DNA of 64,000 nucleotides from a virus (Duplodnaviria; Caudoviricetes): IMG/VR virus record IMGVR_UViG_2891339218_000001, positions 1 to 64,000 of that record; one strand, 5' to 3'. Shown piece by piece: positions 28,626 to 37,178 of this stretch (position 1 is its first letter; each line of letters starts with the position of its first letter). The notes under the pieces were generated by a model. It saw only the letters and a program-made list of their open reading frames with translations, ran no database searches and was not told where the DNA came from. The position numbers and the translations under genes were made by a program.

Positions 28626-29871
28626 CCGTCTGGTCCTTATCGTCGTCGGGCTTCGGGGTTTTCGGGTTGCCGCCTTCATCGCGGTCGAGAGGCGGGCCGC
28701 CGTTGTGACCCACGCCCGGCTGGCTGGCGCCGGTGTTCGGGTTCGCGTACTCCTCACCTCCGTCGTACGGCGGGAGGTCGAGCCAAGCGCGGCCGGTGTT
28801 GGGGTTGATGACGCGGGAGGCGACAAGGCTGTTGATCGCGGTGGCGCGCGCCGTGAGATCCACGTTCGTGAAGTCGTCGCGATCAAAGCGAACGGCGAAC
28901 TTGCCCTTCTCTTCCTTGGTGAAGAGCGCGCGTCCGAGGGCGCTTTCGAGGGCGCGAAGCCAGGGCTCAAGGCAAAGCTGAAGGAACTGGCGCTGCATCT
29001 CGGCTGAGTTGGACCAGGTGGCGCGGGTCAGATCGCCGATGAGGCTGGCCGGGATGTTGAAGGCGCGCGCGATTTCCTGAAGCTGGAAAAGCCGGAGCTG
29101 CTGAAACTGCGCATCGACGCTGGAAAGCGTCATCTGCTTGAAGGTGGCGCCGTCGTAGAGGAACGCGGTCCTGCCGGCGCCGCCACCGTCACCGAACGTC
29201 TTGTTCCAGCCGGCGATGACCTTCTTGATCGCGTCCTCGCCGATACCCTTCGGCATTTCGACGGCACCGCCAGGGCGGGCGCCACGGCCGAAAAGCTGAG
29301 AGGCGTGGCGCTCCATGACGACGGCAACGCCGATGGCTTCGCGGCAAAGGGTGAGCGGGGCTTTGTCGAAGGTGCCGCGAAGGTGGATGATATCGCTGGC
29401 CGGCTGCACGATGCCGTTGACGCGGTAGCGGGGCTGGAGGCTGTCATCCGGGTAATCGACGTTGATGAAGCCGGGGCGCGGACGGATGATTTCGAGGAGC
29501 CGGCCATCCGAGGAGCGCGTGACGCGGGCAAGGCCGCCCTGGTCTCGGCAGAGGGCGTCGACGACGATAGAGCGGATGAACTCAAACCCGCTCTGCCAGT
29601 CGTTCGCATCGCCCTTCAGGAGCTTTGCGGCTTCGTGGTTCGGGGCTTCCGTCTCGGTGCCGTCGGCCGCGATTGAAACCACTTTGACGGCGAGCGAGGC
29701 ACAGGCCTCGGAGATGGTGCGCACGGCGGCAGCAACGGCCGGTGTCCGCAATGCCGTTTCGGCGGAGACCGCGACCCCGGCATGCGTCTGGGCGCCGGTG
29801 CCAAGCATCTCAAGGATTTGCTCGTCGGTCAGTGCTTTCTTTTCGGCGCGGTAAAAAGGCCATATCCTCAT
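28615..29871 (-). CDS. Satellite portal protein (HK97 family)
   Basis: AVAAAVRTISE, DIIHLR, DAQF...R.F...EIARAFNIP, T.SN. Confidence 0.95.
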   Translation of the reverse strand: MRIWPFYRAEKKALTDEQILEMLGTGAQTHAGVAVSAETALRTPAVAAAVRTISEACASLAVKVVSIAADGTETEAPNHEAAKLLKGDANDWQSGFEFIRSIVVDALCRDQGGLARVTRSSDGRLLEIIRPRPGFINVDYPDDSLQPRYRVNGIVQPASDIIHLRGTFDKAPLTLCREAIGVAVVMERHASQLFGRGARPGGAVEMPKGIGEDAIKKVIAGWNKTFGDGGGAGRTAFLYDGATFKQMTLSSVDAQFQQLRLFQLQEIARAFNIPASLIGDLTRATWSNSAEMQRQFLQLCLEPWLRALESALGRALFTKEEKGKFAVRFDRDDFTNVDLTARATAINSLVASRVINPNTGRAWLDLPPYDGGEEYANPNTGASQPGVGHNGGPPLDRDEGGNPKTPKPDDDKDQTDEP

Positions 29872-29948
29872 TCACCAGGATATGCGCAGTATTCACCTTG
29901 AACCGCCACTGGGGAAAACTAGGAAAATATCGGCGGATCGGGGGAATT

Positions 29949-30368
29949 ATGGCAACGTACTTGGAACACGCCCTTATGGAGCTTGATGACGCCACCACCG
30001 CTCGTATGGCTGCCAGCGACACGGACGAAATTGCCCGGCTATCGAAGCATGAATTGATCATGTTCGGCATCGCCGCTCTGACACTTGATGCAGCTCGTGT
30101 TGATATGGGCCACCCCCTGCCTGACCCGATTGCTTCGGAGCAAGATCAGTTCATTGCACTGACCTATATGCTGCGATGTGCCCCGGCTCATGATATCGCA
30201 ATGCCTCACTGGAAAATCAAAGCAAGGTTTGCGCGTCCCTACACCGTCGATGGCATCACGATTGACCTGTCGCACCTTGACGGAGCGGCGTTTGATTTCA
30301 GCCATATCGGAGGTCCGAGAGTGTTCACGCACATCGCCAGAATTGGCCGTCGGAATGGATGGGTTTAG
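29949..30368 (+). CDS. Antisense moron, hypothetical
   Basis: GGGGG purine run then ATG 29949; sits between the early and head modules. Confidence 0.5.
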   Translation: MATYLEHALMELDDATTARMAASDTDEIARLSKHELIMFGIAALTLDAARVDMGHPLPDPIASEQDQFIALTYMLRCAPAHDIAMPHWKIKARFARPYTVDGITIDLSHLDGAAFDFSHIGGPRVFTHIARIGRRNGWV

Positions 30369-30592
30369 GGTTTCCGCCTAAGCCATATTTCCAGTTCACT
30401 CCGTCGGGCAAAATACCCTTTCGGCCGATAGATCGGGACTTCCGGATCCTTTGCCCATTCTCTCACGGTGTCCTCGGAAACACCGAGAGCAACCGCAATT
30501 GCCGGCGCCCCCCAAAGTTTTTCAGGCTTGGACAACAATTTCCCCTCAAGCATCGCGTCAAGGGCGTCAGGTGTCAGGATGGGGCGGGTCAT
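30365..30592 (-). CDS. Small HTH DNA-binding protein (candidate late regulator)
   Basis: LWGAPAIAVALGVSEDTVREWA HTH. Confidence 0.75.
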   Translation of the reverse strand: MTRPILTPDALDAMLEGKLLSKPEKLWGAPAIAVALGVSEDTVREWAKDPEVPIYRPKGYFARRSELEIWLRRKP

Positions 30593-30813
30593 ACGGCTTT
30601 CTCCTGCATGTGGTGGTGGCGATGATGTAGGCGGCAGAGCCAGCGGACGACACCCGGCCGGCTGTAGTCGTCGTGATGGGCATCGACGTTCTCAGCTCCG
30701 CAAACCTCGCATGGCTCCTTGTTCAAGAGCCCCTTTTTCAGCGCCGAGCGCACGTACTGGTGCGCCAGCATCTCCAAAGGATGCGCGTTGTTCCATTTCG
30801 CTTGCGAGGACAT
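30589..30813 (-). CDS. Small HNH-like zinc-binding protein
   Basis: PCEVCG...AHHDDYS.P..V.WLC..HH; start uncertain (30813 or 30849). Confidence 0.65.
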   Translation of the reverse strand: MSSQAKWNNAHPLEMLAHQYVRSALKKGLLNKEPCEVCGAENVDAHHDDYSRPGVVRWLCRLHHRHHHMQEKAV

Positions 30814-31031
30814 GGCTTCGCCCTCGGCGCTATCGCTTCCGTTTTTCATGGCAATTTTCCTGGATTGCGCCGTCTATGGCTGGGGAGGTCAGCCGCGACT
30901 ATGCGGCAGTTTCAGTTTCACGTTTTTTTTTGATTTTCTTTTTCGGTGTTCTTCTCAGTTTCCGTATCCGTTTCCGTTTCTGTTTCCTTCTCTTTGTATC
31001 GGTAGGGTTCGGATACGGTATCGATACCCTA

Positions 31032-31466
31032 TCAATAGGGTCTCCGAGGTTCGGGGCTTGGCTGGACTTGTCCGGCCATCGCGCAGAGCACGTCGGCGAG
31101 CCTGTTGCGGAAGTCGTCGCTCTCGATGGCGAGGTTCGCCTTGATGAGCCCCTGGAGGTGTTTCTGATTCTGCGGCGGGTTGTTCTCTAGCCACTTCACG
31201 ACGAGGATTTCCTGGGTCTCGTCGTCGCAGTCGATCAGGCCGACGCCGATGCATTCGGCCTTGGAAACCTGATACTCCTGCAGGGTCCAGCCGAGATCCG
31301 AAATCGCGTAGCCGTCCGGCAGGCGGAAGCAGCCGAGGGCGTTCTGATGCTCACAGGTCAGGTAGTAGAAAAACAGCAACTGCGCGCGGTGGCTCTCCAA
31401 GGCGCGAAACCGTTCAGACCGCCAGATGGTGCGGGAGACCATCGAGAACTTCCCGGCCTTGCTCAT
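31032..31466 (-). CDS. Satellite replication initiator, N-terminal winged-helix type (short)
   Basis: RTIW.SERF..L...AQLLFFYYLT..H.N..G.F.L pattern of phage replisome organisers. Confidence 0.65.
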   Translation of the reverse strand: MSKAGKFSMVSRTIWRSERFRALESHRAQLLFFYYLTCEHQNALGCFRLPDGYAISDLGWTLQEYQVSKAECIGVGLIDCDDETQEILVVKWLENNPPQNQKHLQGLIKANLAIESDDFRNRLADVLCAMAGQVQPSPEPRRPY

Positions 31467-31613
31467 GTCGCCCTCGCTTTGATCAAGCTGGCTTTCTTGA
31501 TGACCTCGCAGGCCTCAAGAGCCGTCAGTTCGAATTTAGATTTGACCTGTTGAACGATGGGGGCGCGGTCGTCGCCCCAGAGGACCCACCGAGCCGCCTC
31601 GATACGGCGCGCG

Positions 31614-31844
31614 CTATCCATGGGCGCCTCCCGCCGCTTTAAGCGCGGCTGCAACCGCTTCGGCGAATGCCGGCAGCTTGTCGAGCTTGAAGGCGATACC
31701 GGACTTCCCCGGCCGCATGGTGCCGTCCTCACCCTCGAACCAAACGCGGGCATTGAACAGGTCGTGGCCCTTGAAGCTGCCGAGGGTGACGCGGATTTCC
31801 TCGGTCGAGTTTTTGGGGATGGTGGCGATATGCTTCTCAGGCAT
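31614..31844 (-). CDS. PC4/YdbC-family ssDNA-binding protein
   Basis: KNSTEEIRV.L..FKG.....RVW......PGKSGI. Confidence 0.85.
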   Translation of the reverse strand: MPEKHIATIPKNSTEEIRVTLGSFKGHDLFNARVWFEGEDGTMRPGKSGIAFKLDKLPAFAEAVAAALKAAGGAHG

Positions 31845-32142
31845 GCCCCACCTCCCCGCCGTCGGCGGTGTAGAGCGCAGCCAGGCGCAGGAGGAAGCCG
31901 GCGACCGTGGCGCGTTTCAGGCAGTCGTTGATCGCCCTATTCTTCGCAAGCCCCTTCTCTTCGAAAAACATATCGAGGCCAAGAATGATCTGCCCCACGG
32001 CGGTCGTGGTCAGGTTCTCGACCTCGATGGCATCGGCCGTGGCTAATGCCTCGCCGTTCTCGGCAAAGAACTGATCAGCCTGCCGCTTGCCGGACTCTCG
32101 GTGTATCGCGACGAACTTGCGGAATTCTTCAACCGGCGTCAT
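31837..32142 (-). CDS. Hypothetical protein (MTPVEEF...)
   Basis: Overlaps both neighbours in the early operon. Confidence 0.55.
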   Translation of the reverse strand: MTPVEEFRKFVAIHRESGKRQADQFFAENGEALATADAIEVENLTTTAVGQIILGLDMFFEEKGLAKNRAINDCLKRATVAGFLLRLAALYTADGGEVGHA

Positions 32143-32356
32143 CGATGCCGCCCTCCCTGCCTTCGGTAGCGGCACGCGCTTGCCGGTCAAGCCACGGCCC
32201 GACATCGGAGCGACGCAAGCAAACAATCTTCCCGAGTTTGAAAGTGGGGAGCAGCTTGCGTCGGTGGAGGTTGTAGACCTGATGATCGGTGAGGCTCAGG
32301 TATGCAGAGATGGCCGGAACCCCGTAAAGGAGGTCCGCTTTTTCAGTCGTATCCAT
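32129..32356 (-). CDS. AlpA/excisionase-like HTH protein
   Basis: DLLYGVPAISAYL....QVY......LPTFKLG; first gene inside the right att. Confidence 0.8.
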   Translation of the reverse strand: MDTTEKADLLYGVPAISAYLSLTDHQVYNLHRRKLLPTFKLGKIVCLRRSDVGPWLDRQARAATEGREGGIDDAG

Positions 32357-32365
32357 GTTGGTTCC

Positions 32366-32440
32366 TTGTCGCGGCGTTGTCGCATTGTTGTCGCGTCGAG
32401 CAGCCGCAAAGCCCGACGAACGCTAACTAAGTGCTTGATT
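32366..32440. promoter_or_regulatory. Right att arm: three TTGTCGC repeats and an IHF-consensus site
   Basis: TTGTCGC at 32366, 32377, 32388; minus-strand AATCAAGCACTTA (WATCAANNNNTTR) at 32428-32440. Confidence 0.6.
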
Positions 32441-32472
32441 TACCTACATCCAAAATCAACACACACAAATAC

Positions 32473-32500
32473 GAAAGCCGCCCCAAACGGAGCGGCTTTC
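32473..32500 (-). terminator. Hairpin terminator just inside the satellite right end
   Basis: GAAAGCCGC-N10-GCGGCTTTC followed on the minus strand by GTATTT. Confidence 0.6.
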
Positions 32501-32518
32501 ATCAATCTTTTCAGCATC

Positions 32519-33640
32519 TTAGGCTACTGTTTGGCCGGAAGTGTGAATAGACCGGTCGAACGCGCTTTTCCTGAACTGCACTTCCTTCGCCCGGTCGGCC
32601 GGGATGTCATCGGCAGTGATTTCCATCACCGGGATTTGCGGCGCACCGGCAATGATGCCCGACAGGCCGCGCCGGTTCAGGCCGTACCCGGCCATCGCAT
32701 CGTCGAACTCGCGCAGGATCTCGGTATGATCGTCCTCGCCACCGACGACGAGCGAGCACTGATAGGTCGGCTTGTCGTCGAGGCGCAGCGTGTCACAGAC
32801 GTTCATCGCCACGAAATAGGTGGCAAGGTCCAGCTGCCCGATGCTCTTGCCTTCGCCGATCAGCGTGCGGCCGGAGACCAGCGCGCGAAGGCCAAGCTGA
32901 TAGTTGAACCGATGGACGGCCGGATTGAGCGTGTGAACCCACGTTGCGGGATCGTCGAGCCGCTGCGACCCGGAGCCGCCGGCAACGGTCGTATCCTTGC
33001 GTGGATCGTACTCGCGCAGGCCGCGCAGCACGAACTCGATATCGGGCTTACCCTTGTCGAACTGCTCCGGCTTGAAGATGCGCTCCACCACGACATAGGC
33101 GATGCCGGCATTGACGCTGGTCGATTTCCACGTCTGGCCGAGGGATGCGCTATCGTCGACGAGCTTCTGGTCCACGAGCTGGTCAGGACGCCCATCGTAG
33201 AAGCGGATCGAGAACAGGTGATTGCCGCCGGCAAGGAAGCCCTCGACGCCATAGTGCGCCACCTCGTTGCCGATGATCGGGCGCTCGACCAGCGTCTGCT
33301 TCTGGCCGTAGAAATAGACATAGGGCTCCAGGCCGTCGCACCAGCCGTTCGCCAGCAAGAAGACCTCGGCATTGAATTTGTTGCCCGGCCCCCACTTCGC
33401 ATAGAACGTCCGCTGGCCCTTGGTCTTCGACGTGCCAAAGATCGTGCCGACCGGCACATCGCCGCCGAACTGCGTCTCGGCCTGGACGGCAGAATACGAC
33501 CGCTTCTTCGGGCGATTGAGATACGACAGGCCGATCCGGGCCGCGAAAGCCAGACCGCCGGCAATGACAGACGCGGCCAGCGTGGAGCCGGCAAAAAGCG
33601 CGCCGGCAATAGCCGTGCCGATAGCAGTGAAGATCGCCAT
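32519..33640 (-). pseudogene. 5' part of the helper central tail-tip gene (363 native codons plus 10 satellite-derived codons)
   Basis: Tail-hub-like N-terminus (G..YDPRKD, NPA, Y.C); ends RKSAFDR|SIHTSGQTVA* at the att core. Confidence 0.88.
32551..32560 (+). repeat. Satellite right att core ACCGGTCGAA
   Basis: Identical to 13881-13890. Confidence 0.92.
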
Positions 33641-33646
33641 TCAGGA

Positions 33647-34060
33647 CTACCCGATGTGGAAGGCTGCGATAACGGTGTCGAGCGCGTAGTCGCGCGCGCC
33701 GTCAGGAGTCTTGGTGCGGAACCGCGTGCCGAGGCACACGCCGACATGCTCTGCCCCGTCGAGGAGGCGCAGGATAACGAGGTCGCCGCAACGGGCTTCG
33801 GCGCCGCCAAGCACCGGCTTGCCGAGTTCGGCGGCGAAGAACGATACGAGCGAGGAATACCCCCGGCGACGAAGCGCACGCTGCGCACCGGCAAGCGTCT
33901 TGTAGCTGCCGGCATATTTCCGGGCGCGTTGCGACCCTTCCAGCGCGTCGATGAGCGCCAGCCCCATGAAGAAGCAGTCGGATTGCGCCGGGTTGCCATA
34001 GGCATACGGCTTCGCAAGCTCCGCGTTCAGCGTAGCCTCGACTTTTCGAAAACGGTTCAT
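33647..34060 (-). CDS. Tail-tip NlpC/P60-like protein (lambda K-like)
   Basis: PYAYG...SDC, GDLV, HVGVCLG. Confidence 0.75.
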   Translation of the reverse strand: MNRFRKVEATLNAELAKPYAYGNPAQSDCFFMGLALIDALEGSQRARKYAGSYKTLAGAQRALRRRGYSSLVSFFAAELGKPVLGGAEARCGDLVILRLLDGAEHVGVCLGTRFRTKTPDGARDYALDTVIAAFHIG

Positions 34061-34067
34061 GGGAGCG

Positions 34068-34658
34068 TTACCTTGGCACCTGTCCCCATTCCTCGGGGAT
34101 TGATGTGTTCGTGGCGACGTATTCGAGACCCGTATCGTCCGGGTCGTTATCGAACTTCTGCTCGGCAAGGCTCCGCTTCACACCGGTGGAACCGCGCGCC
34201 GAGCGGCCGGGCGGCTGAAGATCGATGGAGAGCGTCAGCGAGCGTTCGGCGCCGTTGACCGCGCCCTCGTTAAAGCGCACCTGGTCAATCTCGTAGATCG
34301 ACGACGCGAGGATGCCGACGACCTCGCTCGTCTCCGGCACGCCCGCAAGGTGGGCGATGATCACCGGCGCGTTCTGGTAGTTGTAGCTTTCGATCTGCGA
34401 GATAGCGTCTTCCGGGTTCTCGACGGGGATGTTGGAGAACACGATGGTGCGTGTGGTAACAGCAACGCCGACGGCGCTCGTCATGCTGCCCATATCGAGG
34501 AACCGGTTCGGCAGGTAGACCAAACCGTTGTGCGTGTAGGGCCGGCCGCCGCGGTGGTAGCCGACGGACTTGCCGGGAAGATCAAAGCGGATCAGGTCGA
34601 GGCGGACAAGGCGGCCGGCATCGATCAGAGCCTCGACTGCGGGGTCAAGCGCGCTCAT
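34068..34658 (-). CDS. Tail-tip hub protein (DUF2163/lambda L-like)
   Basis: Between Dit and NlpC/P60; ends D.GLEYVA....EEWG. Confidence 0.7.
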   Translation of the reverse strand: MSALDPAVEALIDAGRLVRLDLIRFDLPGKSVGYHRGGRPYTHNGLVYLPNRFLDMGSMTSAVGVAVTTRTIVFSNIPVENPEDAISQIESYNYQNAPVIIAHLAGVPETSEVVGILASSIYEIDQVRFNEGAVNGAERSLTLSIDLQPPGRSARGSTGVKRSLAEQKFDNDPDDTGLEYVATNTSIPEEWGQVPR

Positions 34659-35308
34659 GAGAAAAATACCTCCGTTGCGGAGAACGAGGCTTCGCGGTTC
34701 CCGAGCGACTTCGGCGCCTCCACGCTGCCCGGATCGATCATCATGACAGCGGACGGCTTTTCGAGGTGGACGCTGGCGGAGGTGGTAAAGTTCTGGGTGT
34801 CGAGCCCGAACATGATCTCCAGCGTCGCAACGCCGCCAGAGGTGGCGGTCGCATTCTCGACGACGAGGTGAAGCGACCGGACCAGTAGGCTCATGCGAAA
34901 TTCGATATAGTCGCCGGCCGAGAACTTGAACGATGCTGGAAGGCCCGAGATCTGGACGTTTCGGCTGTCGATGATTTCGTCAAGCACCGCCTGCCCCGTG
35001 AACGCACCGCCCCCAGCCTTCGTGCCGGAGAGCGGCGAGCCGGTGTTCATCGCGATCGGTCGCGGCCGCCATGGATCGTATGCCAGGAACGGCGCACCGC
35101 GAGCGTCGGCCTTCATGGCGAAGGCGTCGAAAAGACCGGAATGCACCGGAAGCAACGAACCTGTCGAATAGGACGCCACCCAATATGGCGTCATGCTCGC
35201 CACCATTTCCGTGCGGCGCCCCTCCATCATGCTCACATCGGCCGGGCTGACCGGGCGAAGACTGACCTGAGCCCATGGGATGGCAGGGAGGAGGATCGGA
35301 TTAGCCAT
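34655..35308 (-). CDS. Helper distal-tail (Dit-like) protein
   Basis: Follows the tape measure; ATG 35308; homolog of 18783..19442. Confidence 0.75.
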   Translation of the reverse strand: MANPILLPAIPWAQVSLRPVSPADVSMMEGRRTEMVASMTPYWVASYSTGSLLPVHSGLFDAFAMKADARGAPFLAYDPWRPRPIAMNTGSPLSGTKAGGGAFTGQAVLDEIIDSRNVQISGLPASFKFSAGDYIEFRMSLLVRSLHLVVENATATSGGVATLEIMFGLDTQNFTTSASVHLEKPSAVMMIDPGSVEAPKSLGNREASFSATEVFFS

Positions 35309-37121
35309 AGGCGTTATCACCGTTCGTGTAAGCTTCTTGGCGGTTCTTATTGTTTTGCTTCACGATTTCGACCGTGTTGCGCGCGGTGTTCTGCATGATG
35401 CGAGACTCGATATCCGCCGACATCCTCACCTCGATGACCGTTCGGCCCTCGCCAGCGGAGTTGGAGGTGGCAGATGATTTCGTGTGGTCGATGACTGTCT
35501 CGTCGGGATGCAGGAGGGCCATGAACCCGCCCTTCCCGTCCATGCCGCCGGAGCGCGAACGCTTGCCGGTGTAGCCGCCGCCGTCAAAGGAGGTGACGCG
35601 CATCCCGGCCCAAGGGTCGGCTGACGCTCCACCGCCACCGAAGAGGCTGAAGAGCCCACCCAGGAACCCGCCGCCGCCGGACGTGCCGCTGTTCATGTTC
35701 ACGATGGCATCGACAAGATCGTCCTGGATCTTATCGATCACCTTGTCGAGAACGCCCATGGCGATGTCGCCGAACTCCTCCCAGGTGATCTTGCCGTCAT
35801 CGAGGGCGTTGCGGAGATCGCCGAAGATGCCGTGCAAGACATCCTTCTGGAACTCCATCGCCTCGGAGGCCTGGCGGGTTTCCTCTTCGACACGGGCCAT
35901 GGTTTCGGCCAGCGTGGTCAATTGCTCGCGCTGCGGTCCCGAGAGATCAATCCCCTTCTGCTGCGCGTCGTTGAACAGATCGGTGGTATAGAGCAGCTTG
36001 GCGGCCGCTTCATCGGTCAGGCCGATCGCGGTCTTCTCTGCCTCCAGGCTGGTGATGCGGCGGTTCGCAGCGGCGACGATGTCATCGTAAAGCTGCGTCT
36101 GGGTCTTGCCCCCTTTCCTGCCCTTGCGGCCTTTGCGGCCGAATTCGCCCGGTAGCCCGTCAAGCTCTATAAGAGGGCGCCGATCGGGTGTCGGGATTTC
36201 CACGCTTGGATCCGGGATGTTCGGGTTCTCGTACCCCAGTGGGGCGTTAAGCCCTCGAATGCTGGAAAGGGTTTGCGCAACGCTCATCTGTTTCACGAGC
36301 GTTTCCACATTGCCGGCTGCTGTCAATGCAGCGTTCCCAAAGCTATAGAGTGAGCTAGAGAAGGCATCGATCGCTGGTATTCCAGAGGACTTTGCGGCAT
36401 CGGCAAGAGCCGTTTGTAGATTTTTAAGTTCGTCGGTGGGATCACTGTTGCTTTCAACAGCCTCTTGCAGCGCCTGAAACGCTCTCTCGAGCTCACCGAT
36501 GTTCTCTTGCTCCTCACCGGCGAGCCTCAGTTTGGAGGTAAGATCGTCGAACCCAACGATCAGATCAGGAAGCGCGTCGCGCGCTGATCGAAACTGCTCA
36601 TCGGCGAACACCTGTTGAGCAGCGGCATCCTCGGCAGCGGTTTTAGCGCGATCCAACGTGTCAATATAGGCCTGAAGCGCGGGCGCCGCCTCACCCCAGC
36701 GATCGGCGACCTGGCGGATCAGTTCCTCTTGCTCTTTCAATATCTGGTTCGCATCGCCGCCATCCTCGTAAGAGGCGAAGTATGCGAGAACCGCGCCGGC
36801 GGCGGCACCCGCGACAATGCCGATGGGCCCGAACCCGAGTGCAAGGTCGGGCAACTGGATCGCAATGGCCTGCAACACATTCCCTGTCGCGCTCGCCTGT
36901 TGCGCGACCTGAGATAGTTGCATTGCCATCATGCGAGAGTTCTGGCTCGCAAAAGCCGACTGCTTACCGACTTGCTCGGCGGCCTTGCCGACGTCGCTGA
37001 GAGATTTGGCCGTCCGCCGCTCGGTCTTTTCCGCAGCCGTTGCCAGCCTATCCAATGCCTGCTCTCCGGTCACGAGACCACGGCTATCGGCGGCGAGCAC
37101 AAGCGTAGCGAAATCGGTCAT
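35301..37121 (-). CDS. Helper tape measure protein (606 aa)
   Basis: QLSQVAQQ...IQLPDL N-terminal motif; C-terminal FDGGGYTG motif. Confidence 0.9.
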   Translation of the reverse strand: MTDFATLVLAADSRGLVTGEQALDRLATAAEKTERRTAKSLSDVGKAAEQVGKQSAFASQNSRMMAMQLSQVAQQASATGNVLQAIAIQLPDLALGFGPIGIVAGAAAGAVLAYFASYEDGGDANQILKEQEELIRQVADRWGEAAPALQAYIDTLDRAKTAAEDAAAQQVFADEQFRSARDALPDLIVGFDDLTSKLRLAGEEQENIGELERAFQALQEAVESNSDPTDELKNLQTALADAAKSSGIPAIDAFSSSLYSFGNAALTAAGNVETLVKQMSVAQTLSSIRGLNAPLGYENPNIPDPSVEIPTPDRRPLIELDGLPGEFGRKGRKGRKGGKTQTQLYDDIVAAANRRITSLEAEKTAIGLTDEAAAKLLYTTDLFNDAQQKGIDLSGPQREQLTTLAETMARVEEETRQASEAMEFQKDVLHGIFGDLRNALDDGKITWEEFGDIAMGVLDKVIDKIQDDLVDAIVNMNSGTSGGGGFLGGLFSLFGGGGASADPWAGMRVTSFDGGGYTGKRSRSGGMDGKGGFMALLHPDETVIDHTKSSATSNSAGEGRTVIEVRMSADIESRIMQNTARNTVEIVKQNNKNRQEAYTNGDNAYG

Positions 37122-37178
37122 GGCTTTACCTTTGGTGGAATCGCGCAGTATCGTCGCGGCAACTTGGAGGGTTACGGC

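Larger units (their letters stand above)
13881..32560 (-). mobile_element. Helper-embedded phage satellite (18,670-bp circle on excision) with its own head and tail-shaft genes
   Basis: Terminal direct repeats, integrase at one end and AlpA-like gene at the other, in-frame restoration of the interrupted gene, no lysis or tail-tip genes recognised. Confidence 0.92.

Noticed and set aside
13881-32560. Gene transfer agent or autonomous second prophage
   Set aside because: Integrase, att sites, HNH and P27-type TerS argue against a GTA; absence of tail-tip, fibre and lysis genes argues against autonomy.
32087-34258. 723-aa plus-strand ORF crossing the right att site
   Set aside because: Antisense shadow of real minus-strand genes in GC-rich DNA; no motifs, and it spans a recombination junction.
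18783-35308. Dit/TMP similarity as an assembly duplication or a diversity-generating retroelement TR/VR pair
   Set aside because: The copies differ throughout (about 36% of residues) with frames preserved, and no reverse transcriptase is present.
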